Assembly: GCA_963728205.1 (NCBI GenBank)
Contig: CAVSIV010000006.1
Span: forward strand, 1,808,145-1,872,144
Source of the DNA: an uncultured Chloroflexia bacterium
Lineage (GTDB): Bacteria > Chloroflexota > Dehalococcoidia > UBA2979
Reading direction: 5' to 3'
Length of the DNA: 64,000 bases
Part shown: positions 9,360 through 20,460 of the stretch, piece by piece
Layout of the letters: each line of letters starts with the position of its first letter
Position numbering within the stretch: the first letter of the stretch is position 1
Translations under genes and position numbers: made by a program
Notes under the pieces: generated by a model
Told to the model about the DNA's origin: nothing
Seen by the model: the letters and a program-made list of their open reading frames with translations, nothing else
Databases searched by the model: none

Positions 9360-11079
9360 ATGACGATGGTCCAGGGCACGTTCGACGACCTCGGCACCGC
9401 ACTGTCCACCGTCACCTTCGTCGTCGTCGACCTCGAGACCACCGGGGGGAGCCCCGCCGAGTGCGGCATCACCGAGATCGGCGCCGTCAGGGTGCGCGGC
9501 GGCGAGGTCCTCGGCGAGTTCCAGACCCTCGTCAACCCCGGCACGGCCATCCCCGCCTTCATCTCGGTGCTCACCGGCATCACCGACTCGATGGTCACCG
9601 GAGCACCTCGCATCGAGGCCGCCCTGCCGGCCTTCCTCGAGTTCGCGGCCGGGTCGGTGCTCGTCGCGCACAACGCGGGCTTCGACATCTCCTTCCTCAA
9701 GGCCGCGGCACGGCGCACCGACCAGGAGTGGCCGGGCTTTCCCGTGCTCGACACGGTGCACCTGGCCCGCCAGCTGGTGCGCCGCGACGAGGTGCCCAAC
9801 CACCGCCTCTCCTCGCTGGCCCGCCTGTTCCGGGCGGGCACGACCCCCGACCACCGGGCCCTGCACGACGCCAGGGCCACCGTCGACGTGCTGCACGGCC
9901 TCATCGAGCGCGTCGGCTCGCTCGGCGTGCACTCCCTCGAGGAGCTGCTCGACTACACCGCGCAGGTGTCGCCGGCCCGCCGCCGCAAGCGTCACCTCGC
10001 CGACGGGCTGCCCGATGCCCCCGGCGTCTACCTCTTCAAGGACGGTCAGGGCCGGGTGCTCTACGTCGGCACGTCGGTCTCCATCCGCACCCGGGTGCGC
10101 TCCTACTTCACCGCGTCCGAGCACCGTCGCCGGATGGGTGAGATGGTTCGCATCGCCGAGTCCGTGAGCCCGGTGGTCTGCGCCACCACGTTGGAGGCCG
10201 AGGTGCGTGAGCTGCGGCTCATCGCCCAGCACAAGCCGCGCTACAACCGGCGCTCCCGGCATCCCGAGCGGGCCCTGTGGGTCAAGCTCACCGTCGAGCC
10301 CTTCCCGCGGCTGAGCATCGTGCGCACGGTCGCCGACGACGGCAGCAGGTATGCCGGCCCCTTCGGCTCGCGCTCGGCCGCACAGGCCGCGGTCGCCGCC
10401 GTGCACGAGGTGCTCCCGCTGCGCCAGTGCCTGGAGCGGCTCTCCCCCACTAGGCCACGATCGGCCTGCGCCCTTGCCGAGATGGGCCGCTGCGGGGCTC
10501 CGTGCACCGGCGCCCAGAGCGTCGACGACTACGCCCGCGTCGTCGACCGGGCGGTCGAGCTGCTCGCCGGCGACACGCGCGAGCTGCTCACCGCCCTGCG
10601 TGCCCGGTTGGCCGAGCTCGCCGCTGCCGAGCGCTTCGAGGACGCCCAGGTGGTGCGCGACCGGCTGGTCGCCCTCGTGCGCGGCACCTCCCGCTCCCAG
10701 AGACTCGACCCTCTCGCCCGCATCGGCGAGCTCGTGGCCGCCCGCCGCTCGACCCTGGGCGGGTGGGAGATCGTGTGCGTGCGCCACGGGCGCCTGGCGG
10801 GCAGCACCACGGCGCCTCGCGGGGCCGACCCGATGCCCTACGTCGAGGCCCTCCGGGCCAGCGCCGAGGTCGTGGCCCCGGCTCCACCGCCCTCCACCGC
10901 CGCCACCGCCGAGGAGAGCGAGAAGATCCTGCGCTGGCTCGAGTCGCCGGGGGTACGCATCGTCGACGTCGACGGGATCATGGACCTGCCCGGTCGGCGG
11001 GTCGGCAGCGGTGCGAGCCGAGCTCGAGCCGCTGGAGACCTCGCGGCGAGCCGCGCCGGGGTTCGCCGGCACCCGGTGA
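9360..11079 (+). CDS. DEDDh exonuclease fused to UvrC-like GIY-YIG endonuclease (Rv2191-like)
   Basis: VDLETTG, AHNAGFD and HRALHDA, then PGVYLF..LYVG, E..LI..HKPRYN, a Cys cluster and a UVR motif (ERFEDA..RD). A probable frameshift at ~10975 restores 'WTCPV'. Confidence 0.92.
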
Positions 11080-11120
11080 GGCCCACCCCGCGGCGCGGGG
11101 CCGGCGGCTAGTCTGAGTCG

Positions 11121-11402
11121 GTGATCACCGCCATCGTCCTCATCAGCGCCGACGTCGACCGCATCCCCGAGGTCGCCCAGGAGATCGCCGACCTCGACGG
11201 CGTCACCGAGGTCTACTCCGTCGCCGGCGACGCCGACCTCATCGCGATGGTGCGGGTGCGCCAGCACGAGGAGCTCGCCGACGTCATCGCCGACCGCCTC
11301 AACAAGGTCACGGGCGTCACGGGCACGGCCACGCACATCGCGTTCCGCACCTACTCCGCGCACGACCTCGAGGCCGCCTTCAGCCTCGGCATCGACGACT
11401 GA
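11121..11402 (+). CDS. Lrp/AsnC ligand-binding domain protein
   Basis: MITAIVLI..., 'VYSVAGDADL'. TAGTCT -10 lies 6 nt upstream. Confidence 0.9.
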   Translation: MITAIVLISADVDRIPEVAQEIADLDGVTEVYSVAGDADLIAMVRVRQHEELADVIADRLNKVTGVTGTATHIAFRTYSAHDLEAAFSLGIDD

Positions 11403-11426
11403 GGGCCACGCCTCCCCCGCTCCCGC

Positions 11427-13019
11427 TCAGCGGACGAGGTCGCGCCGGCGGAAGCCGGTGAACCCGATCGCGAGGAACGCCACGGTCACCATGCTGACCC
11501 AGAGCAGGCCGGTCCAGTCGGCGTCGGAGACGGTGACGTCCGGGACGTGCCAGAAGGGGCTGATCGCCAGGGCCCAGTCGGGAAGCCCGAACGTGGGCCC
11601 GAGCAGGGTCAGCCCGAACGACGACAGCACCCCGACCCAGGCGGCCAGGATGATGACCGGCCGGGCGCCGACGACCGCCACGGACACGCTGACGATCGCC
11701 CACACCGCGGGAACCATGGCGACCGCCTGCAGCACGCCGTCGCCGAACGCGACCCCGATGTCGGCGCTGGATGCGACGGCGGCGATGAGCGTGCCCGCGA
11801 GCAGGACGAACGCGCTGCACGCGGCCAGCGCAACGGCGACGCTGGAGGCGAAGTAGCGGGGGCGCGTCACGGCAGTGGCGATGATCGGCTCGACCCGGTC
11901 GTCCATCTCCTCGGAGCGGACCCGGAGCACGACCTGGACCGCCGGGACGGCGGCCAGGATGCCGACGAGGCTGAGGATCGTCACGAGGAAGGCCGAGATG
12001 AGCTGGTCGGGGCTGGCCGCGCCGGCGGCCAGGAACTGCTGCACTCCGGTGTCGGAGGCGAGGATGTCCTTGACCGATGTCGTGAAGTACCCGAACACCA
12101 GGCCGAGGGCGGTGAACGCCGCGGTCCAGGTGATGAACGACCCGCGGCTCAGCCGGAGCGCCAGCGCCAGCGGCGTGTGCATCGTGCCGCGGCCGGGGCC
12201 GGGCCGCGGCGCGACCGCTCCCTGACCGAAGTCGCGGCGGGCCTGGAGGGCGAACGCCACGGCCAGCAGGACCGCCGCCAGGGCGACCGCGAGCAGGAGG
12301 GGCCACCAGGTGTTCCCGGTCGCCGGTCGCGTCTCGGTCATCCACCCGAGCGGGTTCACCCAGATCGTCCACTCCGGCGCCTCGAGGGAGTAGGCGATCC
12401 CCCGCAGCATGAACAGCACGCCCAGGGCTCCGACCGCCATCGAGCTGGCGGTGCGGGCGTCGGACCCGAGCTGGGCCGTCACCGCCGCCAGGGCGGCGAA
12501 GAGCCACCCGGTGGCGGTGAAGGTCGCGGCGAGCAGCATCGAGGCCTCCCACGCGCCACCCGAGAGCACCGTGGCGAGGCCGACCACGATGCCGAGCGCG
12601 AGCGACCCGAGGTAGGCCAGGCCGACCGCGGTCATCAGCCGGCTCCCACGACCCAGCACCCCGGAGGCGAGCAGCTCGGCTTGCCCCGAGTCCTCCTGCC
12701 CTCGCGTGGCACGGGTGACGGCCAGGATCGCCCCGAGCGCTGCGAGGAAGCCGCCGAGGGCAAGACTGCGCCAGGCGTTGAACCCGTCGACCGTGCTGAG
12801 GTCGTAGGCGGGGCCGAAGATGAGCCCGAGCGCGGGGTTGGCGCCGATCGCCCCGGCGAGGGCGGCTCGGTCCTGCTCGGTCGGGAAGACGAATGCGTAG
12901 ACGAGCACCGACGAGGTCGACAGCGCGGTCGTCAGGACGATCCACGGAACGAGCAGTCGTCCGTCGTGCTTGAGGGTGGTGCGCAGCAGGGGCGCGGTGC
13001 CGGTGAGTGCCAGGCTCAT
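11427..13019 (-). CDS. ABC-2 type exporter permease (tetronasin-resistance TnrB-like)
   Basis: About 12 TM segments with '[13 protein letters not shown]', 'EEMDDRVE' and C-terminal 'GFRRRDL'. Confidence 0.85.
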   Translation of the reverse strand: MSLALTGTAPLLRTTLKHDGRLLVPWIVLTTALSTSSVLVYAFVFPTEQDRAALAGAIGANPALGLIFGPAYDLSTVDGFNAWRSLALGGFLAALGAILAVTRATRGQEDSGQAELLASGVLGRGSRLMTAVGLAYLGSLALGIVVGLATVLSGGAWEASMLLAATFTATGWLFAALAAVTAQLGSDARTASSMAVGALGVLFMLRGIAYSLEAPEWTIWVNPLGWMTETRPATGNTWWPLLLAVALAAVLLAVAFALQARRDFGQGAVAPRPGPGRGTMHTPLALALRLSRGSFITWTAAFTALGLVFGYFTTSVKDILASDTGVQQFLAAGAASPDQLISAFLVTILSLVGILAAVPAVQVVLRVRSEEMDDRVEPIIATAVTRPRYFASSVAVALAACSAFVLLAGTLIAAVASSADIGVAFGDGVLQAVAMVPAVWAIVSVSVAVVGARPVIILAAWVGVLSSFGLTLLGPTFGLPDWALAISPFWHVPDVTVSDADWTGLLWVSMVTVAFLAIGFTGFRRRDLVR

Positions 13020-13927
13020 CGGGTGGCCCCCGGGTCGGCGTCGTCGTCGTACAGCCGGAGGAAGAGGCTCTCCAGCGAGGGGGGCTCCACGGTGAGGGAC
13101 TGGATGCCGTGCCGGGTCAGCAGGCTCATCGCCTCCTGCACCCGGCTCGACTCGATCGTCGCCGCCAGGCGGTGCCCGTCGACGTGCACGTCGTGCAGCG
13201 TGTCGAGCTCCTCGGCGGCGGGAACCCGGTCGAGGACCGCGTGCAGCGAGGTGCGGGTCTGGCCACGCAGCTCGGTGAGGCTGCCGCTCTGCACGATCGT
13301 GCCGTCGCGGATGATGCTCAGCCGGTCGGCGAGCGTCTCGAGCTCGGCGAGGATGTGGCTGCTCAGGAGCACGCTGGCGCCGCGGGACTTCGCCTCGCCG
13401 ATGACCTCCTGGAACACGTTCTCCATCAGCGGGTCCAGCCCGCTGGTCGGCTCGTCGAGGATCAGCAGCTCGACGTCCGAGGCGAGCGCGGCCACGATGG
13501 CGACCTTCTGCCGGTTCCCCTTGGAGTACTGGCGACCGCGCTTGGTGGGGTCGAGCTCGAAGCGCTCGACGAGGTCGGCCCGGCGTGCCTCGTCCAGGCC
13601 CCCGCGCATCGCGCCCAGGAGGTCGATGGCCTCCCCACCGCTCATCCCCGGCCACAGTGCGACGTCCCCCGGCACGTAGGCCAGGCGCCGGTGCAGATCG
13701 ACGACGTCGTGCCACGGGTCACCTCCGAGCAGGCGAACGGACCCGCCGTCCGCCCTGAGGAGCCCGAGCAGCACGCGGATCGTCGTGGACTTCCCTGCCC
13801 CGTTGGGCCCGAGGAAGCCGTGGACCTGGCCGCGCTCCACGGTCAGGTCCAGCCCCCGCAGGGCCCGGACGCTGCCGAAGGACTTGGTCAGCCCCTCGAC
13901 CTCGATGACCGCGTCGTCGGTGCCCAT
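13016..13927 (-). CDS. ABC transporter ATP-binding protein
   Basis: [28 protein letters not shown] and SSH motifs. Confidence 0.93.
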   Translation of the reverse strand: MGTDDAVIEVEGLTKSFGSVRALRGLDLTVERGQVHGFLGPNGAGKSTTIRVLLGLLRADGGSVRLLGGDPWHDVVDLHRRLAYVPGDVALWPGMSGGEAIDLLGAMRGGLDEARRADLVERFELDPTKRGRQYSKGNRQKVAIVAALASDVELLILDEPTSGLDPLMENVFQEVIGEAKSRGASVLLSSHILAELETLADRLSIIRDGTIVQSGSLTELRGQTRTSLHAVLDRVPAAEELDTLHDVHVDGHRLAATIESSRVQEAMSLLTRHGIQSLTVEPPSLESLFLRLYDDDADPGATR

Positions 13928-13978
13928 GGGTCCTGCCTTCGGTGTGGGGGGTGGAGGTTCCCGGGGAGCATACCCAGT

Positions 13979-13998
13979 AAATCCACACCTGAGGAAAC
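13979..13998. promoter_or_regulatory. Putative operator upstream of the ABC exporter
   Basis: Imperfect palindrome TCCACA-cc-TGAGGA in an AT-rich patch about 55 nt upstream of the ATG. Confidence 0.35.
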
Positions 13999-14070
13999 AA
14001 ATTCGGCACACACCTGCCACGAGGGCCGGGCGAGCCCGTCGGGCCCCGTCCCGGACCCGCGCCGCAGCCG

Positions 14071-15144
14071 TCAGGCTCGGTGGCCCCCCGTGGCCTCCAC
14101 CCAGTCGAGAAGCAGCCGCTGCCCGGCGCCGGAGTCCAGCACCTCCTCCGCCCGATCCGCACCGAGGCGCACCGCGGCAGCCAGGCCCCCTCGGGTGGGT
14201 GCACCGTCGCCCAGCCCCGCCGCGACGGCCAGGGCCATGCCGGCGTTGAGCACGACCGCGTCGCGCACCGGCCCGGGGTCACCGGCCAACAGCCGCCGCA
14301 CGACCTCCGCGTTGTGCTCCGCGGACCCCCCGCGCAGCGACTCGACGGGGCTGCGCTCGATCCCGACGTCGTCCGGGTCGAGCACGAGCTCGGTGACCTC
14401 CCCGTCACGCACCCACCAGACGGTCGAGGTGGTGGCGAGGGTGAGCTCGTCGAGACCGTCGTCCCCCCGGAACACCGCGGCGGTTCGACCGCGATCGGCG
14501 AAGACACCGGCCATGAGCGGGGCCATCCGGAGGTCGGCGACCCCCACCGCGGCATACGTCGGCTGCGCCGGGTTGGTGAGCGGGCCGAGCGCGTTGAAGG
14601 CCGTGCCCACCCCGAGGTCGCGACGGGCCACCGCGGCGTGGCGCATCGAGGGGTGGAAGGCGTTCGCGAAGCAGAAGGTGATGCCCACCTCGGAGGCGAC
14701 GGCCGCGACCTGCTCCGGGGCGAGGGTCAGCGAGACGCCCAGCGCCTCGAGCACGTCGGCGGACCCAGAGCTCGAGGAGGCCGCTCGGTTCCCGTGCTTG
14801 ACGACCCGCACGCCGCTGGCCGCCACGACGATCGAGGCCATCGTCGAGATGTTGACCGAGTGCAGACGGTCCCCGCCGGTGCCCACGACGTCGATGCTCG
14901 GTCCCGGCACCTCGATGCGGGTCGCGTGCTCGAGCATGACGTCGGCCAGGCCGCGCAGCTCCTCGACGCTCTCCCCCTTGGCGCGCAGCCCGATGAGGAA
15001 GCCCGCCAGCTGCGCCGGGGTCGCCTCCCCGAGCATGACCTCCGTCATCGCCCACCGGGCCTGCGCCGAGGAGAGGTCCTCGCGGCGCAGGAGCAGCGTG
15101 AGGATGTCCGGCCAGGTCGAGTCGTCCGGATCCGCTGAGGTCAC
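14071..15144 (-). CDS. trpD: Anthranilate phosphoribosyltransferase
   Basis: [35 protein letters not shown] and GLDE motifs. Confidence 0.95.
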   Translation of the reverse strand: MTSADPDDSTWPDILTLLLRREDLSSAQARWAMTEVMLGEATPAQLAGFLIGLRAKGESVEELRGLADVMLEHATRIEVPGPSIDVVGTGGDRLHSVNISTMASIVVAASGVRVVKHGNRAASSSSGSADVLEALGVSLTLAPEQVAAVASEVGITFCFANAFHPSMRHAAVARRDLGVGTAFNALGPLTNPAQPTYAAVGVADLRMAPLMAGVFADRGRTAAVFRGDDGLDELTLATTSTVWWVRDGEVTELVLDPDDVGIERSPVESLRGGSAEHNAEVVRRLLAGDPGPVRDAVVLNAGMALAVAAGLGDGAPTRGGLAAAVRLGADRAEEVLDSGAGQRLLLDWVEATGGHRA

Positions 15145-15146
15145 GG

Positions 15147-15596
15147 TCAGGCGACCGCGGCCCGGGCGCGGGCCAGCTTCGCGATGGCCTCGGACACGGC
15201 GATCGGGTCGAGCGGGTGCGGCACCGCCTCGTCGGCGAGGGACCAGCCGGCGAGCCACCCGTCCTGGGGCCTCCCCGTGAGCACGAGGATCGGGGGGCAC
15301 TCGAAGATCTCGCTCTTGAGCTGGCGGCACAGGCCCAGCCCGCCCATCGGCGCCGCCTCGCCGTCGAGCACGACGACGTCGTGACCTCCCGCGTCCATCG
15401 CCTCGATGACCGCCTCCTGGGTGGCGCACTCGCGCCAAGCGACGATCTCCACGTCACGGGCCGGTCGGCGCCCGGCCGCGGCGCGGACCGCGTCACGGGT
15501 GGTGATGTCGTCGCTGTAGAGGAGGACCGAGATGCGTTGGATGCCGTCGGTCGCGCCGCCCGGGTCCGGGGTCACGGAGTCGTGCGAAGTGGTCAT
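15147..15596 (-). CDS. Stand-alone response-regulator receiver-like protein
   Basis: LLYSDD, VVLDGEA, '[18 protein letters not shown]'. Confidence 0.75.
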   Translation of the reverse strand: MTTSHDSVTPDPGGATDGIQRISVLLYSDDITTRDAVRAAAGRRPARDVEIVAWRECATQEAVIEAMDAGGHDVVVLDGEAAPMGGLGLCRQLKSEIFECPPILVLTGRPQDGWLAGWSLADEAVPHPLDPIAVSEAIAKLARARAAVA

Positions 15597-15690
15597 GGCG
15601 GCATGCTACCGGTGGACCCGATCGACAGATGTCTAGTCTTTCGGGGGGTCGGCGCAGCGCGAGCACCAACTCTTCGCCATAATGGCTCCC

Positions 15691-16359
15691 GTGGCGACTC
15701 AAGCACCGGCTCTGACCGAGCCCAGAGGACCTGTTCCGTCCATCCCGGGGCAGGGCCCTGCGACCCGTCCGAACATGGTCGCGGTCGGGACGATGGTCTG
15801 GCTGTCCAGCGAGCTCATGTTCTTCGCGGCACTGTTCGCGTTCTACTTCACCATCCGCGGGCACGAGCCCGCCCTGTGGGCCGAACGCACCTCCCAGCTC
15901 AACGTGCCGTTCGCGCTCGCCAACACCCTGATCCTCGTGATCTCCTCGGTCTGGTGCCAGCTCGGCGTCTGGGCCGCCGAGCGCGGCGTGGCCGCGCGGC
16001 CGGCGGGTGTCTCGCTCCTGGCCGTCAAGGAGTGGGGCATGCGTGAGTGGTACGCCCTCACCTACATCTTCGGCTCGGTGTTCATCGCCGGCCAGGTCTA
16101 CGAGTACGCCCACCTCGTCCAGGAGGGCGTGACGCTCGCCTCCGACCCCTACGGCTCGATCTTCTACCTCGCCACGGGCTTCCACGGGCTCCACGTGACC
16201 GGTGGGCTCATCGCCTTCATGCTCATCATCGGCCGCAGCTTCACGACGCGCCGCTACACCCACGCACAGGCCACCGGAGCCGTCGTCACCTCCTACTACT
16301 GGCACTTCGTCGACGTCGTCTGGGTCGCCCTGTTCCTCATGATCTACGTTCTGAAGTGA
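15691..16359 (+). CDS. ctaE: Cytochrome c oxidase subunit III
   Basis: [17 protein letters not shown] and [15 protein letters not shown] -10 at 15678 favours a GTG start at 15691. Confidence 0.95.
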   Translation: MATQAPALTEPRGPVPSIPGQGPATRPNMVAVGTMVWLSSELMFFAALFAFYFTIRGHEPALWAERTSQLNVPFALANTLILVISSVWCQLGVWAAERGVAARPAGVSLLAVKEWGMREWYALTYIFGSVFIAGQVYEYAHLVQEGVTLASDPYGSIFYLATGFHGLHVTGGLIAFMLIIGRSFTTRRYTHAQATGAVVTSYYWHFVDVVWVALFLMIYVLK

Positions 16360-16408
16360 CCTTCCCGCCCTGCCCCGACCACCCGCACCCCGCAGACAGG
16401 AAAGCATC

Positions 16409-17224
16409 GTGAACGCACTGGCAGCCCGCCGCCGCCATCCGGCAGCGATCGCCGTCCTCCTCGTGCTGGGGCTCTTCCTCACCGGCGCCGTGTACGCCGC
16501 AGTGGCACCCACCCGGGCCGACGCCACGACGAAGGCCCTGCCGGCTCAGACCGCCGAGGAGGGCCGGGCGCTCTTCCGGGCCAACTGCGCGTCCTGCCAC
16601 GGCCTCAACGCCGAGGGGCGTCCGACGGGGAACGGCGACAACATCGCCGGCCCCGCCCTCGCGGGCGTCGGCGCAGCGTCCGTCGACTTCCAGATGGGCA
16701 CGGGCCGGATGCCGATGGCCGCTCCCGGCGTCCAGGCCCCGGCCGGTGCCGAGGTGAAGTTCTCCGACGCCGACATCGAGGCCATCGGGGCCTACATCGC
16801 GTCGCTGGCACCGGGCCCTGCGGTCCCCAGTGACGAGGCGGTCGACCCGACGAAGGGCGATGCCGCCGCCGGCGGAGAGCTGTTCCGGGTCAACTGCGCG
16901 ATGTGCCACAACTTCGCCGGTGCCGGTGGGGCGCTCACCCGGGGCAAGTACGCCCCGGCCATCAGCAGCACCATCAGCGACAAGCACATCTACGAGGCCA
17001 TGGAGACCGGCCCGCAGAGCATGCCCGTCTTCGGCGACAACAACCTCACCCCCGAGAGCAAGCGCGACATCGTCGCCTTCCTCGACACCATCGACGAGGC
17101 CGAGAGCCCCGGGGGCATGACGCTCGGTTCGCTCGGCCCGGTCACCGAGGGCCTGTTCGCCTGGGTCTTCGGCCTCGGGATCCTCGTCGGCTGCGCCGTC
17201 TGGCTCGGCTCGAAGGCCGCCTGA
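16409..17224 (+). CDS. qcrC: Cytochrome bc1 diheme cytochrome c subunit
   Basis: Two heme motifs, CASCH and CAMCH. Confidence 0.95.
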   Translation: MNALAARRRHPAAIAVLLVLGLFLTGAVYAAVAPTRADATTKALPAQTAEEGRALFRANCASCHGLNAEGRPTGNGDNIAGPALAGVGAASVDFQMGTGRMPMAAPGVQAPAGAEVKFSDADIEAIGAYIASLAPGPAVPSDEAVDPTKGDAAAGGELFRVNCAMCHNFAGAGGALTRGKYAPAISSTISDKHIYEAMETGPQSMPVFGDNNLTPESKRDIVAFLDTIDEAESPGGMTLGSLGPVTEGLFAWVFGLGILVGCAVWLGSKAA

Positions 17225-17268
17225 CCACACCCCGTCCCACCGCCACGTCGACACAGATCGGTAGCCCG

Positions 17269-18396
17269 ATGAACGAGCACGACACGCCACCCACCGGCTC
17301 CGAGGTGACCCCCACCTCCGGTCCGGGCGCCCCGGTGCGCCTGGACCAAGGTCACGTCGTCGGTGATGGCGGCGTGCCGGAGAGGTTCACCAACCCCGGG
17401 CTGCCGGCGCACACCCCCCGGATGGCCGACCTCGGCGAGGATGCTGCCAAGCGGGCCGAGAAGCAGGTCGCCACCCTCTTCGGCATCTCCATGCTCGGCA
17501 CCGTGCTGTTCATCGTGCTGTACTTCGCGATCGACGTCGAGCAGACGGTCTTCATCCCCGGCATCGGCCTCACCAGCGCCTCCAACTTCGCCCTCGGGGT
17601 CACCCTGGCGATGGGCCTGCTCGGGATCGGCTTCGGCGCCGTGCACTGGGCCAAGACCCTCATGCCCGACGAGGAGATCGTCGAGTCCCGGCACCCCATG
17701 CGGTCGGGCGAGGAGGCCCGGGACGGCTTCGTCGAGACGCTGCGCGAAGGCGGCTCCGACGCCCAGCTCAGCCGCCGCCCCCTCATCAAGTACACGTTGG
17801 GCGGCGCCCTGGGACTGTTCGCGGTCCCGCTCCTCGTCCAGGTCGCCGGCAGCCTCGGCCCGATGCCCCAGAAGAGCCTGTCGCTGACCTTCTGGAACGG
17901 CGGACCGAGCGGACCCGGCGAGGAGCCCGAGTTCGTCCCGTTGCGGTTGGTGCGTGACCCGGAGAACACGCCGATCAAGGCGAGCGACGTGACCATCGGG
18001 TCGGTCTTCCACGTGCTGCCCGAGGGCCTGCTCGACCTCGAGGAGCACCGCCTCGAGGAGAAGGCCAAGGCGGCCGTCCTCCTCATGCGGCTCGACCCCG
18101 ACATCATCGAGTCCCAGAAGGAGCTCGACTGGGGCTACCAGGGCATCGTCGCCTACTCGAAGATCTGCACCCACGTCGGCTGTCCGGTGGGGCTGTACGA
18201 GCAGCAGACCCACCATCTGCTCTGCCCGTGCCACCAGTCGACCTTCGACGTGACCCAGGACTGCAAGGTGATCTTCGGGCCGGCCAAGCGACCCCTGCCC
18301 CAGCTCGCCATCACCGTCGACGACGAGGGCTACCTCGTGTCCACCCAGCCGTTCCGCGAAGCGGTCGGCCCGAGCTTCTGGGAGCGTGGCCTGTGA
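17269..18396 (+). CDS. qcrA: Rieske iron-sulfur subunit
   Basis: CTHVGC and CPCHQS motifs; three TM helices. Confidence 0.95.
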   Translation: MNEHDTPPTGSEVTPTSGPGAPVRLDQGHVVGDGGVPERFTNPGLPAHTPRMADLGEDAAKRAEKQVATLFGISMLGTVLFIVLYFAIDVEQTVFIPGIGLTSASNFALGVTLAMGLLGIGFGAVHWAKTLMPDEEIVESRHPMRSGEEARDGFVETLREGGSDAQLSRRPLIKYTLGGALGLFAVPLLVQVAGSLGPMPQKSLSLTFWNGGPSGPGEEPEFVPLRLVRDPENTPIKASDVTIGSVFHVLPEGLLDLEEHRLEEKAKAAVLLMRLDPDIIESQKELDWGYQGIVAYSKICTHVGCPVGLYEQQTHHLLCPCHQSTFDVTQDCKVIFGPAKRPLPQLAITVDDEGYLVSTQPFREAVGPSFWERGL

Positions 18397-20144
18397 CGAC
18401 CTCGAGCACCCGACCGGCCGACGCCCTGCGCGAGGGCGACAGCACCCCGACGCCGCGCTCCTCCGCCACCGCCCGCACGATCGGCGGACTCGGCGGCTGG
18501 GTCGATGACCGCACCGGCTCCGCCAAGCCCGCCAGATACCTCATGAAGAAGGTCTTCCCCGACCACTGGTCCTTCATGCTGGGCGAGATCGCGATGTACT
18601 CGATGATCATCTGCCTGGTGACCGGGGCCTTCCTCACCTTCTGGTACGTGCCGAGCATGGGCCTGACGATCTACAACGGGTCCTACGTGCCGCTGCGTGG
18701 CATCGAGATGTCCGAGGCCTACAAGTCGACGCTCGACATCTCCTTCGACATCAAGGGCGGCCTGATCATCCGCCAGATCCACCACTGGGCAGCGCTGATG
18801 TTCGTCGTCGCGCTCGTGGTGCACATGTTCCGGGTCTTCTTCACCGGGGCCTTCCGCAAGCCGCGCGAGATCAACTGGGTCATCGGCTCGGTCCTCGCGC
18901 TGCTCGCCATCGTCGAGGGCTTCGCGGGCTACTCCCTCCCCGACGACCTGCTCTCGGGAACCGGCATCCGGGCCATGCAGGGCTTCGTCCAGTCCGCACC
19001 GGTCATCGGCTCCTACCTCGTCTACGCGATCTTCGGCGGGCCCTTCCCCGGTGAGCTGATCATCCCCCGGCTCTACTCGGCGCACATCCTCCTCATCCCG
19101 GCACTGCTCGTCGGGCTGTTCACCGCGCACATCGCCATCGTCTTCATCCAGAAGCACACCCAGTACCCCGGCCCGGGCCGCACCAACGACAACGTCGTCG
19201 GCTACCCGGTGATGCCGGTGTACGCCGCCAAGGCGGGCGGCTTCTTCTTCATCGTCTTCGGGATCACGGCCCTCATCTCGGCCGTCGTCGGGATCAACCC
19301 GATCTGGGGCTACGGGCCCTACGACCCGTCCGCGGTCACCGCAGGCGCGCAGCCGGACTGGTACATGGGGTTCGCCGACGGCGCACTGCGCCTGCTACCC
19401 GGGTGGCTGGAGTTCACGGCGTTCGGCTACACCATCTCCGCCAACATCTTCCCGGGTGCGCTCATCCTGCTCCCGATGGTCTATGTCGTCCTCGGGATCT
19501 ATCCCTTCGTCGAGAAGTGGGCCACCGGTGACAACCGGGAGCACCACCTGCTCCAGCGCCCCCGCAACGCGCCGGTCCGCACCGGCATCGGGATGGCCGG
19601 GATCACCGCCTACACCGTGCTGATGTTCGCGTCCGGCAACGACATCATGGCGATCAAGCTCGACATGTCGATCAACGACCTCACCTGGTTCTTCCGGATC
19701 GGCTTCTTCGTCCTGCCCCCCATCGCCTTCTGGATCACCAAGCGGGTCTGCCTCTCGCTGCAGCGCCGCGACCGTGACACCGTGCTCCACGGCGTCGAGA
19801 GCGGCACCATCATCAGGACGCCCGACGGTCGCTTCTTCGAGCGTCACGAGGCGATGCTGCCGGAGGACCAGTGGATCCTCGTCCAGCACGAGGCGGTCGC
19901 ACCGCTCGAGCTCGAGGCCGGCGTCGATGCCAACGGCGTGGCGCGCAGGACCGGTCGCCTGGACCGGGCCCGCGCCAGGCTGTCGCACTTCTACTTCGCC
20001 GATGCCGTCAACCCGGTGACGCCCGCAGAGCTGGCGGCCGCCCACCACGACGGTCAGGAGATGGAGTCCATCGAGGCGTCCGGCGGACCCGCAACCCTCG
20101 AGGGTGAGAAGGAGACCGAGGCGTCGGGGCCGACTCGCCACTGA
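18393..20144 (+). CDS. qcrB: Cytochrome b subunit
   Basis: FPDHWSFMLGE, RQIHHWAA, VHMFRVFF and QPDWY motifs. Confidence 0.95.
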   Translation: MTTSSTRPADALREGDSTPTPRSSATARTIGGLGGWVDDRTGSAKPARYLMKKVFPDHWSFMLGEIAMYSMIICLVTGAFLTFWYVPSMGLTIYNGSYVPLRGIEMSEAYKSTLDISFDIKGGLIIRQIHHWAALMFVVALVVHMFRVFFTGAFRKPREINWVIGSVLALLAIVEGFAGYSLPDDLLSGTGIRAMQGFVQSAPVIGSYLVYAIFGGPFPGELIIPRLYSAHILLIPALLVGLFTAHIAIVFIQKHTQYPGPGRTNDNVVGYPVMPVYAAKAGGFFFIVFGITALISAVVGINPIWGYGPYDPSAVTAGAQPDWYMGFADGALRLLPGWLEFTAFGYTISANIFPGALILLPMVYVVLGIYPFVEKWATGDNREHHLLQRPRNAPVRTGIGMAGITAYTVLMFASGNDIMAIKLDMSINDLTWFFRIGFFVLPPIAFWITKRVCLSLQRRDRDTVLHGVESGTIIRTPDGRFFERHEAMLPEDQWILVQHEAVAPLELEAGVDANGVARRTGRLDRARARLSHFYFADAVNPVTPAELAAAHHDGQEMESIEASGGPATLEGEKETEASGPTRH

Positions 20145-20160
20145 CTGCGCGCCCAGCACG

Positions 20161-20207
20161 ACGATCGGATGCCGTGTCCTCCTCCGGGAGGCACGGCATC
20201 CGATCGT
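20161..20207 (+). terminator. Hairpin terminator after qcrB
   Basis: Perfect 16-bp inverted repeat ACGATCGGATGCCGTG/CACGGCATCCGATCGT, plus an inner CCTCC/GGAGG pair. Confidence 0.75.
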
Positions 20208-20460
20208 TGCACTGCCACTGCCACTGCCGGCGTGGCCCGCGCCATGGGTGAGGACGCGTGATGGGGGTGAACGCGACGGCGAACGTACCGGCGGGTAGCG
20301 CTGGACACCGGAGCCGAAGCCGAGGACCGTGGGAGGCCCGGCCGGGTCGCACCTTCCCCGCCGGGCCGGGTGCCCCGAGGGGGACGGATGAGCAAGACCC
20401 CGCGTCTCAGGTCGACGTCGCGATATACCGTCTGCGCCACACCGGCCGGGCGGGCGCGAC

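Noticed and set aside
20209-20228. CACTGC x3 microsatellite after the qcrB terminator
   Set aside because: Too short to distinguish from chance or slippage.
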